64,000 nucleotides of DNA from Octopus vulgaris (GCA_951406725.2 OX597830.1:36084001-36148000); one strand, 5' to 3'. Shown: positions 28,743 to 44,657, counted from the stretch's first letter. Notes: generated by a model from the sequence alone, not told the origin. Program-made: numbers and translations.

Positions 28743-30450
28743 ATATCTTGACTGAAATATTAAAAAGCCAAGGGCGCATTATACTTTAAATTGATTATAA
28801 TAAACCAACAATTCAGCCACATGTGAATGTGGGAGAAAAATTTTTTGACATACTTTCTATTCACAGAAGACGGAAAAGTAAAATGGGAAAGAAAGTGGCG
28901 GAGAGCAATAGGCATAGCAACAACAAAGATAATATTCAACCACAAGGCGAAAAAAAGCCCACTTGATATTTAATGCTAGGAACTGGTTAACAGTAGGACG
29001 TGGGCTTCCTCTTAATGGTACGATGTCAACTTCCTTGGATGATGGAAAACAATTTCAAAATAAAAATCGAATTTTTTAACAAAATATCGAAATATCCCGT
29101 GAAATTGACCGTATTTTGACTTTGTATGAATCCTGAGCTGGAAAAGTCTTGCAGAAAGCTGCTGCTGCGCGACTTGAGTTTTCGAAGTTTTATGCGATTA
29201 TCGAATTATGTGTTTATGTGATATGTAATTAAGTATAATTGATACTATGGTTATTGTAGCATTAATGGCTGATAGAAAATGGAATTACGGAGTTCCTTAA
29301 CATGAGGACGTTGCTTTTGAAAAATACTTCAACGCTCGCAAACTGCCTTGCTCTGGTCACATGTTCTATATCTACCCAAATATCTGCTGCTGTTGCTGCA
29401 GATGCTGCTGCTTCCGGATGTCGGAGTTTTGTCGACGCGCAGCAACACAGCACTCTTTTCTTTGTTAGATGCTGCTAAAACCTCGGTTGGGATTGTAAAT
29501 TGGGCTCTCCTTCTGTTCGCTTTCACGAGTTGTGCTGAATGTCTCTGGCGTACCTTTTTGTTGATTTAAAATGACTTGCCTTTGCAGAGACACCAAAACA
29601 TTTTAGTTTTGTGTCCTCATTATTGCTGTCGCTGTTGTTGTTGTTGTAGTTAAGCAACAAGACGGGTAAGGGTGATTAGGTGATGGTCTAGGGCTTAGGG
29701 GCGGGAGACCCCAGACCTTGGAAAAAAAACTTTGGTCGTCTTGTTGTAGTCGAGGGCTCTTCGTTGACGCCCGACACCACTGGGAGGTGACCCTCGAAGT
29801 CGCTGGAAATGGAGATCTCCAGGTCTAAATTCTCGAACGGCTGCTGTCACTGTTGTTACTGCTGTTGCCATTGTCATCATTGCTGTCATCATTGCTATCC
29901 CTAGTGTTGTTGATATTCCTGCTGCCCCACTGGCATGATTTCAGTTGTTGTTGTTGCTTTCGCTGTAGTTGATGTTGCCGCTGTCGTTGTTGTTGCTGCT
30001 GTCGCTGCTATTATTGTTGCTGCTACTGCCATCGCTGTTCTTGTTGTTGCCGGGACTGCTGTCGTTTATGTTGGGGTTGCAGTTGCTGAAAATGTTGTTT
30101 TTACCGTATTCCACTCTTTTTTCTGTCACAGCTACGGATGATAGCCAGGTTAATGATGTGTGAGGAATTGCATCTATTCACGGTTGTAGCCAAAGAAATC
30201 ATTTCTTCTCCTGCCATATCATATAATTTAGAGGCTATGTTCTCGTGTTGCTGTGGTTTTAAACATTAAAATTTACAACATGGTGAGTTTTTCAAGAGAA
30301 GAAATACTTAGGGCGCACACATACTATCCATATATTCGCATAGTAAAGTAGGGACCCTTATTTCACAAAATGTTCAAAGAATTAAGCATCAATATATTCT
30401 AACAATAACAACTAAGCTTTTATGAACCGAAGCGAAGAACATCCAAGACA

Positions 30451-31600
<1,150 letters not shown>

Positions 31601-31888
31601 AGGTAAAATTTCTGATGTTAAATTGCATGATATATCAATATGATGAAAACTTCTTATTAAAAAAAGAATTAAAAAAACCTTTGTTTTTCCTTTTAGTCAC
31701 TTGAATGATAAATGCATTTTGTAATTATTTATTCAAGACCAATAACTTCTCTTTTCTTTCTTTCTGTTAATTTTCACATAAAACTTCAAAATTTACCGAC
31801 GAAATTATATATGTGAACACCGAAATGAGACTCAAAAATTCAACTGACACACGTATTTACAAATACGTTCTAACACCTATGTATGTGC

Positions 31889-31927
<39 letters not shown>

Positions 31928-32106
31928 CGCACACACACACACATACACACACACTCATACGTATATGTATTTATATATGTGAGTGTGTATATGTGTGTGT
32001 CTGTGTGAAAAAGCGTTTATATGTGTCTGGGCGTTGTGGTAAATGTGTGAATGCGCCAAATGTTTGAGTCCCGTTGAAGTGTACGTATATAATTTTGTCG
32101 ATAAAT

Positions 32107-32330
32107 AAGGCGGCGAGCTGGCAGAAACGTTAGCACGCTGGGCGAAATGCCTAGCGGTATTTTGTCTGCTGCTACGTTCTGAGTTCAAATTCCACCGAGG
32201 TCGACTTTGCTTTTCATCCTTTCGGGGTCGATAAATTAAGTACCAGTTACTAACTGGGGTCGATGTAATCGACTTAATCCGTTTGTCTGTTCTTATTTGT
32301 CCCCTCTATTGTGGGCAATAAAGAAATAAA
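32107..32330 (+). mobile_element. SINE family A with target-site duplication
   Basis: Full head and body. TTGTCGATAAAT occurs at 32095-32106 and 32333-32344. Confidence 0.92.
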
Positions 32331-32469
32331 TATTGTCGATAAATTTTGAAGTTATGTAATAAAAATTAATGATAAGAATAGAAATAGCCTTACTTTATAC
32401 ATATTTATATATGTGTATGAAGGGCATGTATGTATCCATATGTATGTATACGCATATTATATATATCGG

Positions 32470-32985
32470 TAGCAGCTGCCGTCGATCGTGGGTCAGCATT
32501 GACTGTTCTGCTTAGAAATATTTGGCAGGCCCGCATATGGGCTACAAGCCCTTCTCTTGATCTGTAGGAGGGACGACGTCTGCTGCAGGTGAAGCTACTT
32601 GACGCAATGGAGAAATGACGCTTCTCATAAGACTCTTTTGTATTCCCTTTATCGTTTCTCTCCAGTGGCAGGAATTACGATCTTCAGCGATCGGTGCTAT
32701 TCATCGTGTGGCTGAGCTTTCTCCTCTCAGGCGTCTGGGAAGTTGCTGAAGTTGTTCAGCATATCTCTTCAGCACATCATTGTATCGCAATCTCTGGCTA
32801 CCACAGCCCCTCATGCTCTGACCCAATTCAGCGGAAAAAACAGCATTTCAGAGACTGACATCCTCCATTCTGCTTCCATGTCCTGCCTAGCGAAGCTGCG
32901 ATGAGGTAATGAGAGTCTCTACATTAACTGTGCAAGCGTGGAAAAGATCCTGCTATCTAATGTGCAAGATGATGCGCAGATGAGG
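32470..32985 (-). mobile_element. RTE-clade LINE 3' end, degenerate
   Basis: Minus strand gives SQLR*AGHGSRMED...VFSAELGQSMRGCGSQRLRYNDVLKR and a terminal FTCS....YRSREGLVAHMRAC zinc-finger-like end. Confidence 0.8.
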
Positions 32986-33189
32986 AATTCTCCTCCCCTT
33001 CACCGTTCTCTTTCTCTCCCTCTCTCTTCTTTCTTGACTCTTTCGTTGCTCACACGTGACCAGCGACTATCTTTCTTTCTTCCTCTTGCTTTAAAAGAGT
33101 CAGGAAACACTTTTGCCTGTCTCCTGTCAATGTTCGTTTCTCCAACGTTCACCACTTCAGCTCGTTATGTCTTAACAACCCTTGCCGAT

Positions 33190-33275
33190 TCTTTTTACTG
33201 TTTTGTTCTAAGTTACGGGGACGTAAACACACCAGCATCGGGTGTCAAACGATGATGGCGGGGTAACATACACAA
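33190..33275 (-). mobile_element. Family C SINE tail fragment
   Basis: ctaagttacggggacgtaaacacaccagcatcgg is the reverse complement of 11277-11310. Confidence 0.75.
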
Positions 33276-33284
33276 ACAAATACA

Positions 33285-33345
<61 letters not shown>

Positions 33346-33449
33346 GTAACAGAAAAGAGGAATTTCGATTATCCCCACGTGGTGAGTTTTATATATATAT
33401 ATAAACTGAAAGAATCCCTCGGTATATATACATACATACACACATATAT

Positions 33450-33612
33450 AGGCACAGGAGTGACTGTGTAGGAAGAAGCTTGCTTCCCAACCTCGTGGTT
33501 ACAGGTTCAGTCCCACTGTGTTGCACCTAGGGCAAGTGTCTTCTACTATAGACTCGGGCCAACCAAAGCCTTGTGAGCGGATTTGATAGACGGAAACTGG
33601 AAGAAGCCCATC
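33450..33612 (+). mobile_element. Family C SINE head
   Basis: Matches 10837-11000. Confidence 0.85.
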
Positions 33613-33617
33613 ATATG

Positions 33618-33657
<40 letters not shown>

Positions 33658-33659
33658 GC

Positions 33660-33801
33660 GGGATTCTTTCAGTTTACGTCAACCAAATCCATCCACAAGA
33701 CTTTGGTCGGCCCGACGCTATAGTAGAAAGCACTTAGGTAAGGTGTCACGTGAGTGGGACTGAATCCGAAACCATGTGGTTGGTAATCAATCTTTTTATC
33801 A
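33660..33801 (-). mobile_element. Family C SINE head, inverted relative to its neighbour
   Basis: Reverse complement of the head (gtgggactgaatcc...aaccatgtggttgg). Confidence 0.8.
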
Positions 33802-34594
33802 AGTAAGATTTAAAGTGGAAATGGCTAGTTAGAATCTTTTAAACAGTTTCAGGTATTCACTGTACAGAATCGACGCAGAAAATAGGTGCTTAGATTTGAG
33901 AGCTAGTGAAGTCGAATAATTTCTGTTTTTATTTGCAATTTCACAGGGTTTGTTTTTTGTTCTGTTTTGTTTTTGTTTTTTCATATTTTGTTTTTTAAAG
34001 AAATTCCAAAGACGCTTTATAATCTATATCACACAGGAGAGTTAATAGTGTGAGCATAATCTGATGAAAGAGGGTCTAATGTTAACTTATTGCACCAGTG
34101 ATGAAGGTAAATAGAAAATGAAACGACTCTTGGTTTATCATTTAGTGAAACTGCATGAAATACAAAAATATCAACAGAGAGTAAGTGTCCATTCAGTATA
34201 CTTCTAAGTTTGAGACCTGGGTCACCTGGAAGTGTCTTCCAATGTAAGCCCTCCTTATTTTAAACAATGCTTCACTACGCTGTACTAACTTTAGATTTAT
34301 CAAAGCCATTGTAGATGTTATACGTTTAAAAGAGAAATCAGAAGAATTTTAACAAAGTGTTACATCGTTTCGTAAAATTGTAAATGACTGGCTCTTTGTG
34401 CCGCAAGGTGAAGAAAATGCATGTTTGGGGCAATTTATTACATAGGTCTCAAGTTGAACGAAAAGGGTGAGAATAACTTGTTTTAGAAACAGAAAAGAAA
34501 TGCCGAAGCTTCATGTGAAAAAGGTTGAATTCTTGCGATGAGTGAAGACCAGACAAAAGAAAATGCTTCGATAGGAAAGCAAAAGAGCGCTCGT

Positions 34595-34967
34595 TTATTA
34601 TCTCCGCCTTACCGAAGGCGGAGGTATTGTTTTCAGTCGTGTTTGTTTGCTTGTTTGTCCGTGGACTGGATATATCAAAAAGCGCTGAAAGGATCCGGAT
34701 GAAACTTTCAAGGATGTTTAGCCTCGTGACTGGCACGAATTGCTGAGATTTTTGGATCGATTCGGTACCGGACAAGGATTCTGGATTATTTTTCCTGTTT
34801 TTTACTTAATTTTTGAGAGCAGTCGGGTTCATTTTCAGTATTCTCGTTAGTGAGAGCAGTCGAACTTATTTCAGATATTCTCATTTTAAAAATCATCTCC
34901 GGCTAATCGTTGTGAGGACGTTGGTGTTGCCTTTGTGAAGGTTTGCGCTCTCTGAGTTCTCTTGTTT
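34595..34967 (+). mobile_element. Non-autonomous Helentron-like (HINE/DINE-1-type) element
   Basis: Subterminal hairpin CTCCGCCTT-ACCG-AAGGCGGAG (34602-34623), short (GTTT)n/GTCC tract, 3' end aggtttgcgctctctgagttctcttgtt, T-rich flanks. Confidence 0.65.
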
Positions 34968-36004
34968 ACTCTAGATACATTTGGCAGATATTGTGAAAAT
35001 ATATGATCCATCATTAGAAAATGATAGATCAGATGCTTAATACTTTTTCAGATAAATATTTAAATATTTACAATAACTTTGGAATGTCAATGGGAATAGG
35101 ATAGACATATATATTTTAATACATAACCCAAAAAGCTTCTAATGTACAATCTCTTCTACCACAGATTTTGATGTTCCTTCTGCAGATGAAAGCACATTTT
35201 CCAAGTGGCTTAAACGAAATAACGTCACTTCTTTTCAAATATTTTGTCCTCTCCAGCACTCTGCAGCCTTAATTTTGGCAGAACAACCTGCCACACAAAA
35301 GTGAAATATAAGGGAATTTCTCAATTCTTCATTTATAATGTTTTATACTTGGATTTCTAAAATTGATTTTTGAAAGAATTTAATTAATCATTCTTTTATT
35401 TCGCAAATTATGCCCGATATTTATCATGTAACAACGTTTTTAATGTTTTAATTTTATGTCCGTTAGTTTTTATATCTCCGTGAGAGAGAGAGACAGACAG
35501 ACAGACAGAAGAGAGAACTTTGAAACGAGGCTTTAGGCTATTTATTAATTTATATTTCATTTCTGTTTGTTTATTCTTGTTCTTTATTATAATATAATAG
35601 TATTATTACAGTTCTTTTATTTTATTCCTTCATTCGTTTTATTTTAATCCATCATTTGCGTTTAGTCGGTTTTTAAAAAGATGCACTGGCTTTAGAGTTT
35701 CGGGTTTGGTTCCTTTTTTACGAGCAAATTAGCATCGTTATCACTAGATCAGATATATCCATATACATATGTATGTGTGTGTATGTGTATACACGCTTAT
35801 AGACCCTAATAAGTATATAAATATATTATACATATATAAATATATATATATATATACGTATATACATATATATATATATATATATACACACACAAACATA
35901 TATATACATGCGTGTGTCTAATATAATTATAGGCAAATTATACACGCACATACCTATCAACGCATGTATATACATATATAAAATATGTATACATGCATGC
36001 ATAC

Positions 36005-36080
<76 letters not shown>

Positions 36081-37564
36081 ATTTGTTTCCTACGTATTTT
36101 CAGCCACTGTAGTTATTTGTATTCTCTGCAGTGAGTGTTCATAGTATATTTGAATGCTGAAACATAGCGATTATTCTAGGGAACACCTTATTACTTTAAG
36201 CTACTACAGAACAAATGTTTACAGATATATATATATATATATAAAGGTCTGTGTGTGCATGTGTGTATGTGTTTGTGTGTGTGCATACAGAAACGAAGTA
36301 AGATGAAGAGAACTGCATTGAAGTGCCATGAGTTCAAGAGAGAATATTCAGTTGCCAGTCAGCAATATTTTACATTACGTTTAAATGCTGAACGGGTGGA
36401 AGTATGAGCCTCCTTGATCGCACCCTTTATTGCATTTTGTTGTTTAATACCGAGTGATAGCTGATTGAGTAAACCTATTTTCAAAGGTGTGTAAGCCATA
36501 ACCAACCCATCGTGTATTCTTTGTAGCGTATCATGAGTATTCTCCGGCGCGCCATTCTTTTATTTAGATGGTAGGATGTGATTTTAAGGAGATTTCATTG
36601 CTATCTGTAGCAGGTCTTACAAACACATTCTGACTCCGATTTAAGCTCGTTTAATGCATATGTTTATGTCCATATATTTTCATGTTTTGTGTAATACACT
36701 TTAAATTCTTTCTGCGAGAATGTAAACTGATCCCTGTCTGGCACCATGGATTTGTCTAAGTAGTCTACTTTGACACGTTACCATTTTACTTTAATCGTTG
36801 AAAATGATGTTTCTCCATTTTTAATCAATACATTTAATGTTATTCGTGATGTCACTCTTGATGCAGCTTTCTCTCATGAATGTTATCCTACAAAAAAAAT
36901 CATTATACTCTCTTCTATGTTAACCAATTATTACCATCGTAAATGAGGTTGTTCTGATATTACTCTCATTGTCTTCAATATCTTCTGAGCCGCGAATTCT
37001 GGCCAGCATTTTTTTTTTTTTTTTGTGGGAAAGAGAGTTAAAGTTCGTGCTTAGTTTAGGATTAAATTACTTCTTTATTTATAGGTATTTTGTCCTCTTT
37101 TCTATTCATATTTTTGGTGAAATAATTCGGCTTTGTTTTAGTTCAGTCATTAAATAAATGTTTTCTCCGTAGACTAGAAAGTCGCTGGCGAGATTTGTTT
37201 CCACAGGTTTGACTAGTTAGTTTTTAGCAGATAATATTGCGCCTCAGCGATTAAGCCTCTATTTGGTTGATCGATAGGCTAGAAAGAGCAACTGAATCTC
37301 ACTCAACTCACAATCTTTTTAAAATCGAAAGAACGTTCAATAACATGGCCTTTTAAACACTAATTGAAAAATCAGAACAAATATGTCACACCGGAGCGCG
37401 CGTAATGGCGTCTAAGTTTTCTTCATTATGGGAGGCAGTGGGCAACACCAATACGCGAATTTAAATGACCACAGATTGAGTCGATATGATTTTTTACAGC
37501 CAAATATAATCTTAATCAGATGTTATGAAAGGAAAGACATACTGCATAATTAAGGACGAGATAT

Positions 37565-37856
37565 CACTGAGATCACCGTGACCGACCAGGCTATCAGATC
37601 TTGCTACACATCGCATTATTTTAGCCTTCAAATGACCCCACCCCGCTGGCTAAGCGAGCAGGCCGACAGAAGAAAGAGTGAGAGAAAGGTGTGGCGAAAG
37701 AGTACAGCAGGGATCGCCACCACCCCCTGTCGAAGCCTCGCGGAGCTTTAGGTGTTTTCGCTCAATAAATACTCACAACGCTCGGTTTGGGAATCGAAAC
37801 CGCGATCCTACGACCGCGAGTCCGCTGCCTTAACCACTGGGCCATTGCGCCTCCCC
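37565..37856 (-). mobile_element. tRNA-derived SINE, family B (Octopus OR-like), full length with 13-bp TSD
   Basis: Minus-strand head GGCGCAATGGCCCAGTGGTTAAGGCAGCGGACTCGCGG...GGTTTCGATTCC. TSD AAGGACGAGATAT at 37552-37564 and 37857-37869. Confidence 0.92.
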
Positions 37857-38567
37857 AAGGACGAGATATACTATATTTGAATAAAAGATGGTATGATCAC
37901 AGCCGGAGCTTATCTAGGTCTAAATAAAATCGAGATTTCACAGATTTTATAAGTTATGTTAGTATTTCCTAAAATATTAAGTTATGACTGGACGCACAGT
38001 ATTATAGAAAACGGTTCTCAATATTGTTTCAGTAATATATAATGCTTTTTCCCCCTTTATTTTCCCACTCTTTTTTTCCTATATACTGAAAGTATATTTT
38101 GAATATACTTACATTAAAAAAAATTCTGCTTATTACAAAAACTGTCAAACATTTAAATTTTTAAATATTTTCATTTGTGGAATTGTGGATCTCGAAGTTC
38201 ATGTAGCATATACATAAATAACAGCATATAAATATTGGGTTGCAAACTGATTCGGATAAAAAAAGTTGAAGACTAACCGTGGAACATTTCTATCCAAACA
38301 GGATATTTAACCCAATATTTACATGGTATCATTTGTAGCTTTATATGCTTCGAGACCCACTATTCTAAAAACAAATTATTTCACATTCTCGCGAAAATTT
38401 CGAAATTCTTATGGCATTTACATTTATATTTCAAATTCAATTGTTCTGATTAATGTTGTGTGTAAAATATGCATTTCCTAATTAATGAATAGCCATTACA
38501 ATAATAAATATGCTAATTAAGCTATCCAGTACGGTGCTAGCTTACATTCTGTCGTTTTATTTTTTAC

Positions 38568-38645
38568 CAGGGCCCAATGACTTGGGCCCTGCTAAAAGAT
38601 TTCTTACATTGTCTTGGGCTGTGGTAGCCAATGTAAGAAATTAAA

Positions 38646-38721
<76 letters not shown>

Positions 38722-38722
38722 G
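38568..38722 (+). repeat. Two adjacent hairpins followed by an (ATT)n tail; probable retroposon 3' end
   Basis: CAGGGCCCAA-TGAC-TTGGGCCCTG and ATTTCTTACATTG...CAATGTAAGAAAT. Confidence 0.5.
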
Positions 38723-39980
38723 TTTAGTGTGAACTTAACTATTTTACTATGGACGTTGGTTCTTTTAAAAATATCAACGCACGTATTATATTTCAGATAA
38801 TGTTTCATACGATATGATCAAAGTTTACCACACAGGCATTAGGTATGAGTATAAGGTGATTGGTTTGACTAAACAGAAATACAAACACCTTTCGAATTAA
38901 GCTCACAATGTTTTTACTTCTAGCTACACAGTTAAACGACGTAACATCCTCTTACTCCCTAACTCATTTCAAGGGAAAATGTTATATTTTCAGCAATCAC
39001 ACTGAACGCAGTCTCTAGTTGCAAACACGATGGACAAGGATAAAACTGCATTAACAATATAAACTACCCACCAATAAAGTATAATACATAATGTATTTCT
39101 TGAAGTATTATGTACTATATACTGTATGTGAGAAGTTTTTCTTATATAAAATCTGTTGCCGTTATATTTGAGACATATATTTCTATTATTGCAACAGTTT
39201 TGTAGGCTGATTTTAAAATACTTCTAATTGTTATTAACAGCGGTTATTAGAGCTCTTTTAGTAAAGTATCTCAGCAAACAAACACACTGTAACTGAATTG
39301 TTGATATTTTAAGCTACTTCCTTTACTTTCTGGTGTTATTCGCAGTAATTTTCTCTTAATTTTTCTGTATCATCAATAATTTTCTCTTAAGATTTCTCTT
39401 TGCTTTCCGCTAAGGAAGCGCCACACAGTTATTATATTTTTGTGAATGATAGAGACATATGATTGTGTCCGGTGAATATATATTTAATATATGTGTATAT
39501 TTACCTAAATATGTATGACATTATTTTATTTTCTACTATTCTTTCGTTTAAGCCATCATTATAGTTCATATTATTGCTGTAAACATGAATTTATTTCGTA
39601 TTTATCGTACTATCTGCTTAGATGTTTTCCAAGAAAAGTAGCATTTAACTTATATTTGTGAGATATTTATTACTATTACTATAATGCTCATTTCTGTAAG
39701 TTGATTCCAAATTATTTTTTAATGTTAACATTTGGCTATTAGATCTCGTTTTATAAAAACATTTTACGAGTAAAGAGAAGTTATAGAATTCTCGATATTT
39801 TCGGCTTCTTCCGTTATTTTCCGGTGTTATTCGCAATATTTTGATCGACATTGAATATACATAATAATTATTTCTGCTAAAGTTAAACGCTTATGAAGGT
39901 ATCACACCAGTTCATTTAATGCTGCAGTTGCTTGAAACATGTGCTTGTAGTCGGAGAAGACTTATTTAATTATTTACAAA

Positions 39981-40496
39981 CTAGCAGTATCGCCCGGCGT
40001 TGCTCGGGTTTGTAAGGGAAATAACTATATAAGCATTTTTAGAGAGTTACTTCCTTATAGATGCCAATTCGGGCTTTCTGAGCCATTTCTGTTTTGGCGT
40101 CTTCAAGCCATGAAGTCGTTGTTCTAAAAGAACGCTGGTCTCCTTGACAACGCATTACGACGTTGATTTCCTTACACTCCCTTCCCCACAGCTTCACGAG
40201 GGAGGGAAGAAGGGGAAGAAGCAAACACAGGTGCAGGTGTTTGAGCGTGGACGCCAACTCCGCCGCCATCGACACACGAAATATTATGCATTAAAATGGA
40301 ATAAAAAATGATGTTAAATTATTTTTAAAATCGTAGACTCATCGTAGACGCGCGCTAATAGCCAGACGGGCTCGATATTAATCACGACTATAAGATACCC
40401 GAATTTGGTTAAACTGCACCGCAAAATGTGGGAGTAGTTAGGAATCTAAATCGAAGGGGACAGACACTCACACAACTACAGTTTTATATATATAGA
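39981..40496 (-). mobile_element. Non-autonomous Helitron
   Basis: Minus strand starts TC(TATATATATAAAA) and ends CTAG, with GC hairpin CCCG-AGCAACGC-CGGG just before the end. Inserted between A and T, no TSD. Confidence 0.88.
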
Positions 40497-40957
40497 TTAC
40501 TTCAATTAAAGAAGTGCAAATTTTACGTAAAAAATCAGGGACATGTAAAATTTGTAATAAGGAAAACACATTTATCTACAGATATTCCAGAAGAAATATT
40601 ACCATTTAAAAGTAAAACTTGAGATTTTCGATCAACGTCGACGTCTTAGGAAATACCCTTTAGGAAGTTGGAAAACGCATGCAAATATTTTGCAATACTA
40701 ATTCATGAGAACTTCAAAGAGGCACTTAATTTTCAAATTTATCGGATAATTGTTTTGTTTTAAGTATTTACAACAGATATGAAACATAGAGGCGGGCCGG
40801 GATTAACAACTTCTATGTAATAATAAATATTACACTCCTCTACGTGGCTTGAGTATTTCTGATTTGCTTGTGATAACACTTCCCATACATGAATGTATAA
40901 GTATGGTGTGTATACGTATGCAAGTCTCTCTCTTTCTCTCCAGATATATATGTATGC

Positions 40958-40994
<37 letters not shown>

Positions 40995-41287
40995 GATATA
41001 TGTATGTATGTATGTATGTACACCATAAATCATATAACACATATTTGAGCTTAGATGGGGATATAAATTTACATAGTAACAGCAATAGAAATAGACAGAT
41101 ATGAAATGCCATTAAAAAGACACAAAATATAAGAGAGAGATATAGTGAGAGAGGAGTAGTAAGAGAGAAGTAAGGTTGCGTCTAGTAAGATGAAAGAAGC
41201 CTCTTTTTGAAGTCGCCATCACATTGATCATGTAGTATTGTTGACAACGCTGGTTATTGGAATCTGTGAGAGAATAAAACTGTTAGT

Positions 41288-41696
41288 GAAGAAGAAGAAG
41301 AAGAAGAAGAAGAAGAAGGGGGAGGGGAGTAGGGGAGGAGGAGAAGAAGAACAACAAGAACAAGAACAAGAACAAGAACAAGAACAAGAACAAGAAGAAG
41401 GGGAGGGGAGGGGAGGGGATAAAGAGGAGGAGAAAAAGAAGAAGAAGAAGAAGAAGAAGAAGAAGAAGAAGAAGAAGAAGAAGAAGAAGAAGAAGAAGAA
41501 GAAGAAGAAGAAGAAGAAGAAGAAGAAACGGAAAAATTGAAAATATAGAAGAGGAAAAGTGGAATAAGATAACAAGAAGTGAAGGATGAAGGTGTTAAGT
41601 CAAAAATGTTTGGATAGGAACAAAATGGTGACGGGAAAAGTGAAAGAGGGATATTCGAAAGAGAAGAGAAACAAGATGACAAGTTGAAACGTTGTG

Positions 41697-41772
<76 letters not shown>

Positions 41773-41855
41773 CAGCAGCAGCAGTAGTAATAGTAGTAGT
41801 AGTAGTAGTAGCAGCAGTAGCAACAGTTACAGAAGTAACAATAACATCAGCAGCT

Positions 41856-41900
<45 letters not shown>

Positions 41901-41927
41901 GTGGTAGTAGTAGTAGTAGTAGTAGTG

Positions 41928-41962
<35 letters not shown>

Positions 41963-42092
41963 GGTGGTAGCAGCAGCAGCAGCAGTGCCGGTGGTGGTGG
42001 TGGTGGCAGAGGAGGTAGTAGCAAATGAAGGACGTAGGAGGAAAATGAACAAAAGCAACAACAAACAGCAACAACTACAAGAAAAAGAAGAA

Positions 42093-42134
<42 letters not shown>

Positions 42135-42336
42135 GAAGAAGCAGAAGAAGAAGGAGGAGGAGGAGGAGGAGGCGGAGGAGAAGAAGAAGAAGAAAAAGAA
42201 GGAGGAGGAGGAGGAGGAGGAGGAGGCGGAGGAGAAGAAGAAGAAGAAGAAAAAGAAGAAGTAAAAGAAGAAGAAGAAGAAGAAGAAGAAGAAGAAGAAG
42301 AAGAAGAAGAAGAAGAAGAAGAAGATGAAGAAGAAG
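41288..42336. repeat. Purine-rich mosaic microsatellite (GAA/AGT/GGT/GAT/GGA, GAACAA)
   Basis: Directly visible; explains ORFs 41238-42377. Confidence 0.92.
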
Positions 42337-43091
42337 GTAAACAAGTCCAATTTCCAAAGAGCCACATACATGTTTGATTTCTTAGAATGATGGCAGCAAC
42401 GATGAAAATAAAACGTTTCGTCTTCGTAGACGGAAGAAGCAGTTTTGAAACATCATAGACTTCAACAACAAAACGAGCAGAAACTTAATGCGTCGAGGAA
42501 AAAACAAAAAGAAAGAAAAATGATCTTTATTTTATGACATCACTCATCTAAGGATACACGAAAGTTCCAGGAAATCGCCTGCAACTTGGCTTTTAATAAA
42601 CTACACTGCTTTCCTTGGAGTTCCTAAGAAATAGCAAACAGAGCAAGGCATTAGTAAAGCCCGGTGACAAATTGTTTTACCTCCTGCTGTTGTTAAAACG
42701 CTGTCATCCTTTTTTACTTACCAAGAAACCACCATTTTGTTCTTCGCGTTTTTTGTTTTGTATATATATGTATATTGTTTATTTTTATATTTGGCTATTA
42801 TTGTCGTTGTTACTGTTGTTGTTGCTTTTTTGGTAGTTATTTTCCATTGACTTTTGTTGTTGTTGTTGTTGTTGCTGCTGTCGTCGTTTTGTTCAATATG
42901 ACAAACAGCGCTCGTTGAAATATTTAAAAAAAAAAAAAAAAAAAAATACAGTATCATGGCCTTTGGCATCTTGAAATAATTGATAATTTCGCAAAGAGAA
43001 AATATTTTTTTATTTTACTTTTACACAAATATTGCATATTATTTATTATTTCTCGATCGGGAGTGGGGACAGGTATATAGCAAGTACGTTC

Positions 43092-43122
<31 letters not shown>

Positions 43123-43248
43123 CATACATACATACACACACACACCAGCATTTACTTATATAAACAAATATATATATATATATATGTATATGTGTACATA
43201 TAATGTATGTGAGAGTTAAAGAGTTATAAATATATATATATATATATC

Positions 43249-43305
<57 letters not shown>

Positions 43306-43635
43306 TTACATATACATATACATATACATCTATGTATATACATATACATGCATGTACATGTATATATATATATTTATATACATTCGTCATAATGTGTCTC
43401 CAAATATGTATGTATATACTAGGTCGATTTTGATTGTGGCCCGAGTCTATGTGCTTGACAAAGGGAACATTTTTAAATGTCTTTTATATTTTATATTTCA
43501 TGCTTCTTTTATTTTACTCAGCTCGACTGAATTTCTAAATATAACAAAAACTGCACTCATATTGCCTTCAGTAACATTAGTCATAGAAATACATACACAC
43601 ATATATATGCTTATGTAGTTAAATACATATTTATA

Positions 43636-43671
<36 letters not shown>

Positions 43672-43969
43672 CATATATAAATATATATATATGTACACAC
43701 ATATACACAAAAATATAAGTAAAACCATACATAAGATTGACACATGTATATATATATATACGTGCGTGTGTGTGCGTAGAGAGACACATAGAGAGATACA
43801 TACATGCATACAAACCTCTATACATGTATATCTGTGCATATATTTGACATAAATAAAATTAATTTAACGAAAATGTCTACCTTTATGTTGAGTAAGTTAC
43901 GTTATTCGCAGCATGTCCAACTGAAATAGCCCCCCCCCACCCACCCATGCTACAACTAATTGGAATGGT

Positions 43970-44021
<52 letters not shown>

Positions 44022-44068
44022 GTATATACATATATATATATACATATATATACATATATATATTTACA

Positions 44069-44105
<37 letters not shown>

Positions 44106-44424
44106 GATTCCAACAACAGCTGATTAATCATAATGTTATTCCCCATTTCTGACCCTAATACATTTCATTATGTCCCTTAAGGACAGATCATTCTAATATT
44201 TGCTGCTCTTAAATATTTTTTTAAGGGACATTTTAACAAGAGACAAAGAAACTAGTTTCTATTTTGCATTCTAAATTCGCATTCCATTTTATGTGAATGA
44301 GAAAATGGATCAGAAATACCAGCAAAAACATAAAACATTCGCTCAAATCATACCCTACCGTTTTTAGAAAAGTAGGAACGCATCTCTAACACACACGCAC
44401 ACACACACATACACACACACACAG

Positions 44425-44481
<57 letters not shown>

Positions 44482-44610
44482 CATACGTACATACATATAC
44501 ACACACATACATACTATATATTGTGTGTATGTGTGAGCGTATATATGTACATATAAAGAGATAAACAAAGGATTATATATGCACATATGTGCATATATAT
44601 AAATGTATGA

Positions 44611-44657
<47 letters not shown>

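Noticed and set aside
29329-29526. 65-aa non-repetitive ORF
   Set aside because: Non-ATG start, no recognisable domain or splice support.
41600-42377. 227-255 aa ORFs on both strands (poly-V/E/G, poly-S/T/P)
   Set aside because: Pure trinucleotide mosaics open in several frames; no sign of coding constraint.
42408-42447. Minus-strand GUCU-ACGA-AGAC-GAAAC-GUU hammerhead half
   Set aside because: No CUGANGA strand and no stem I.
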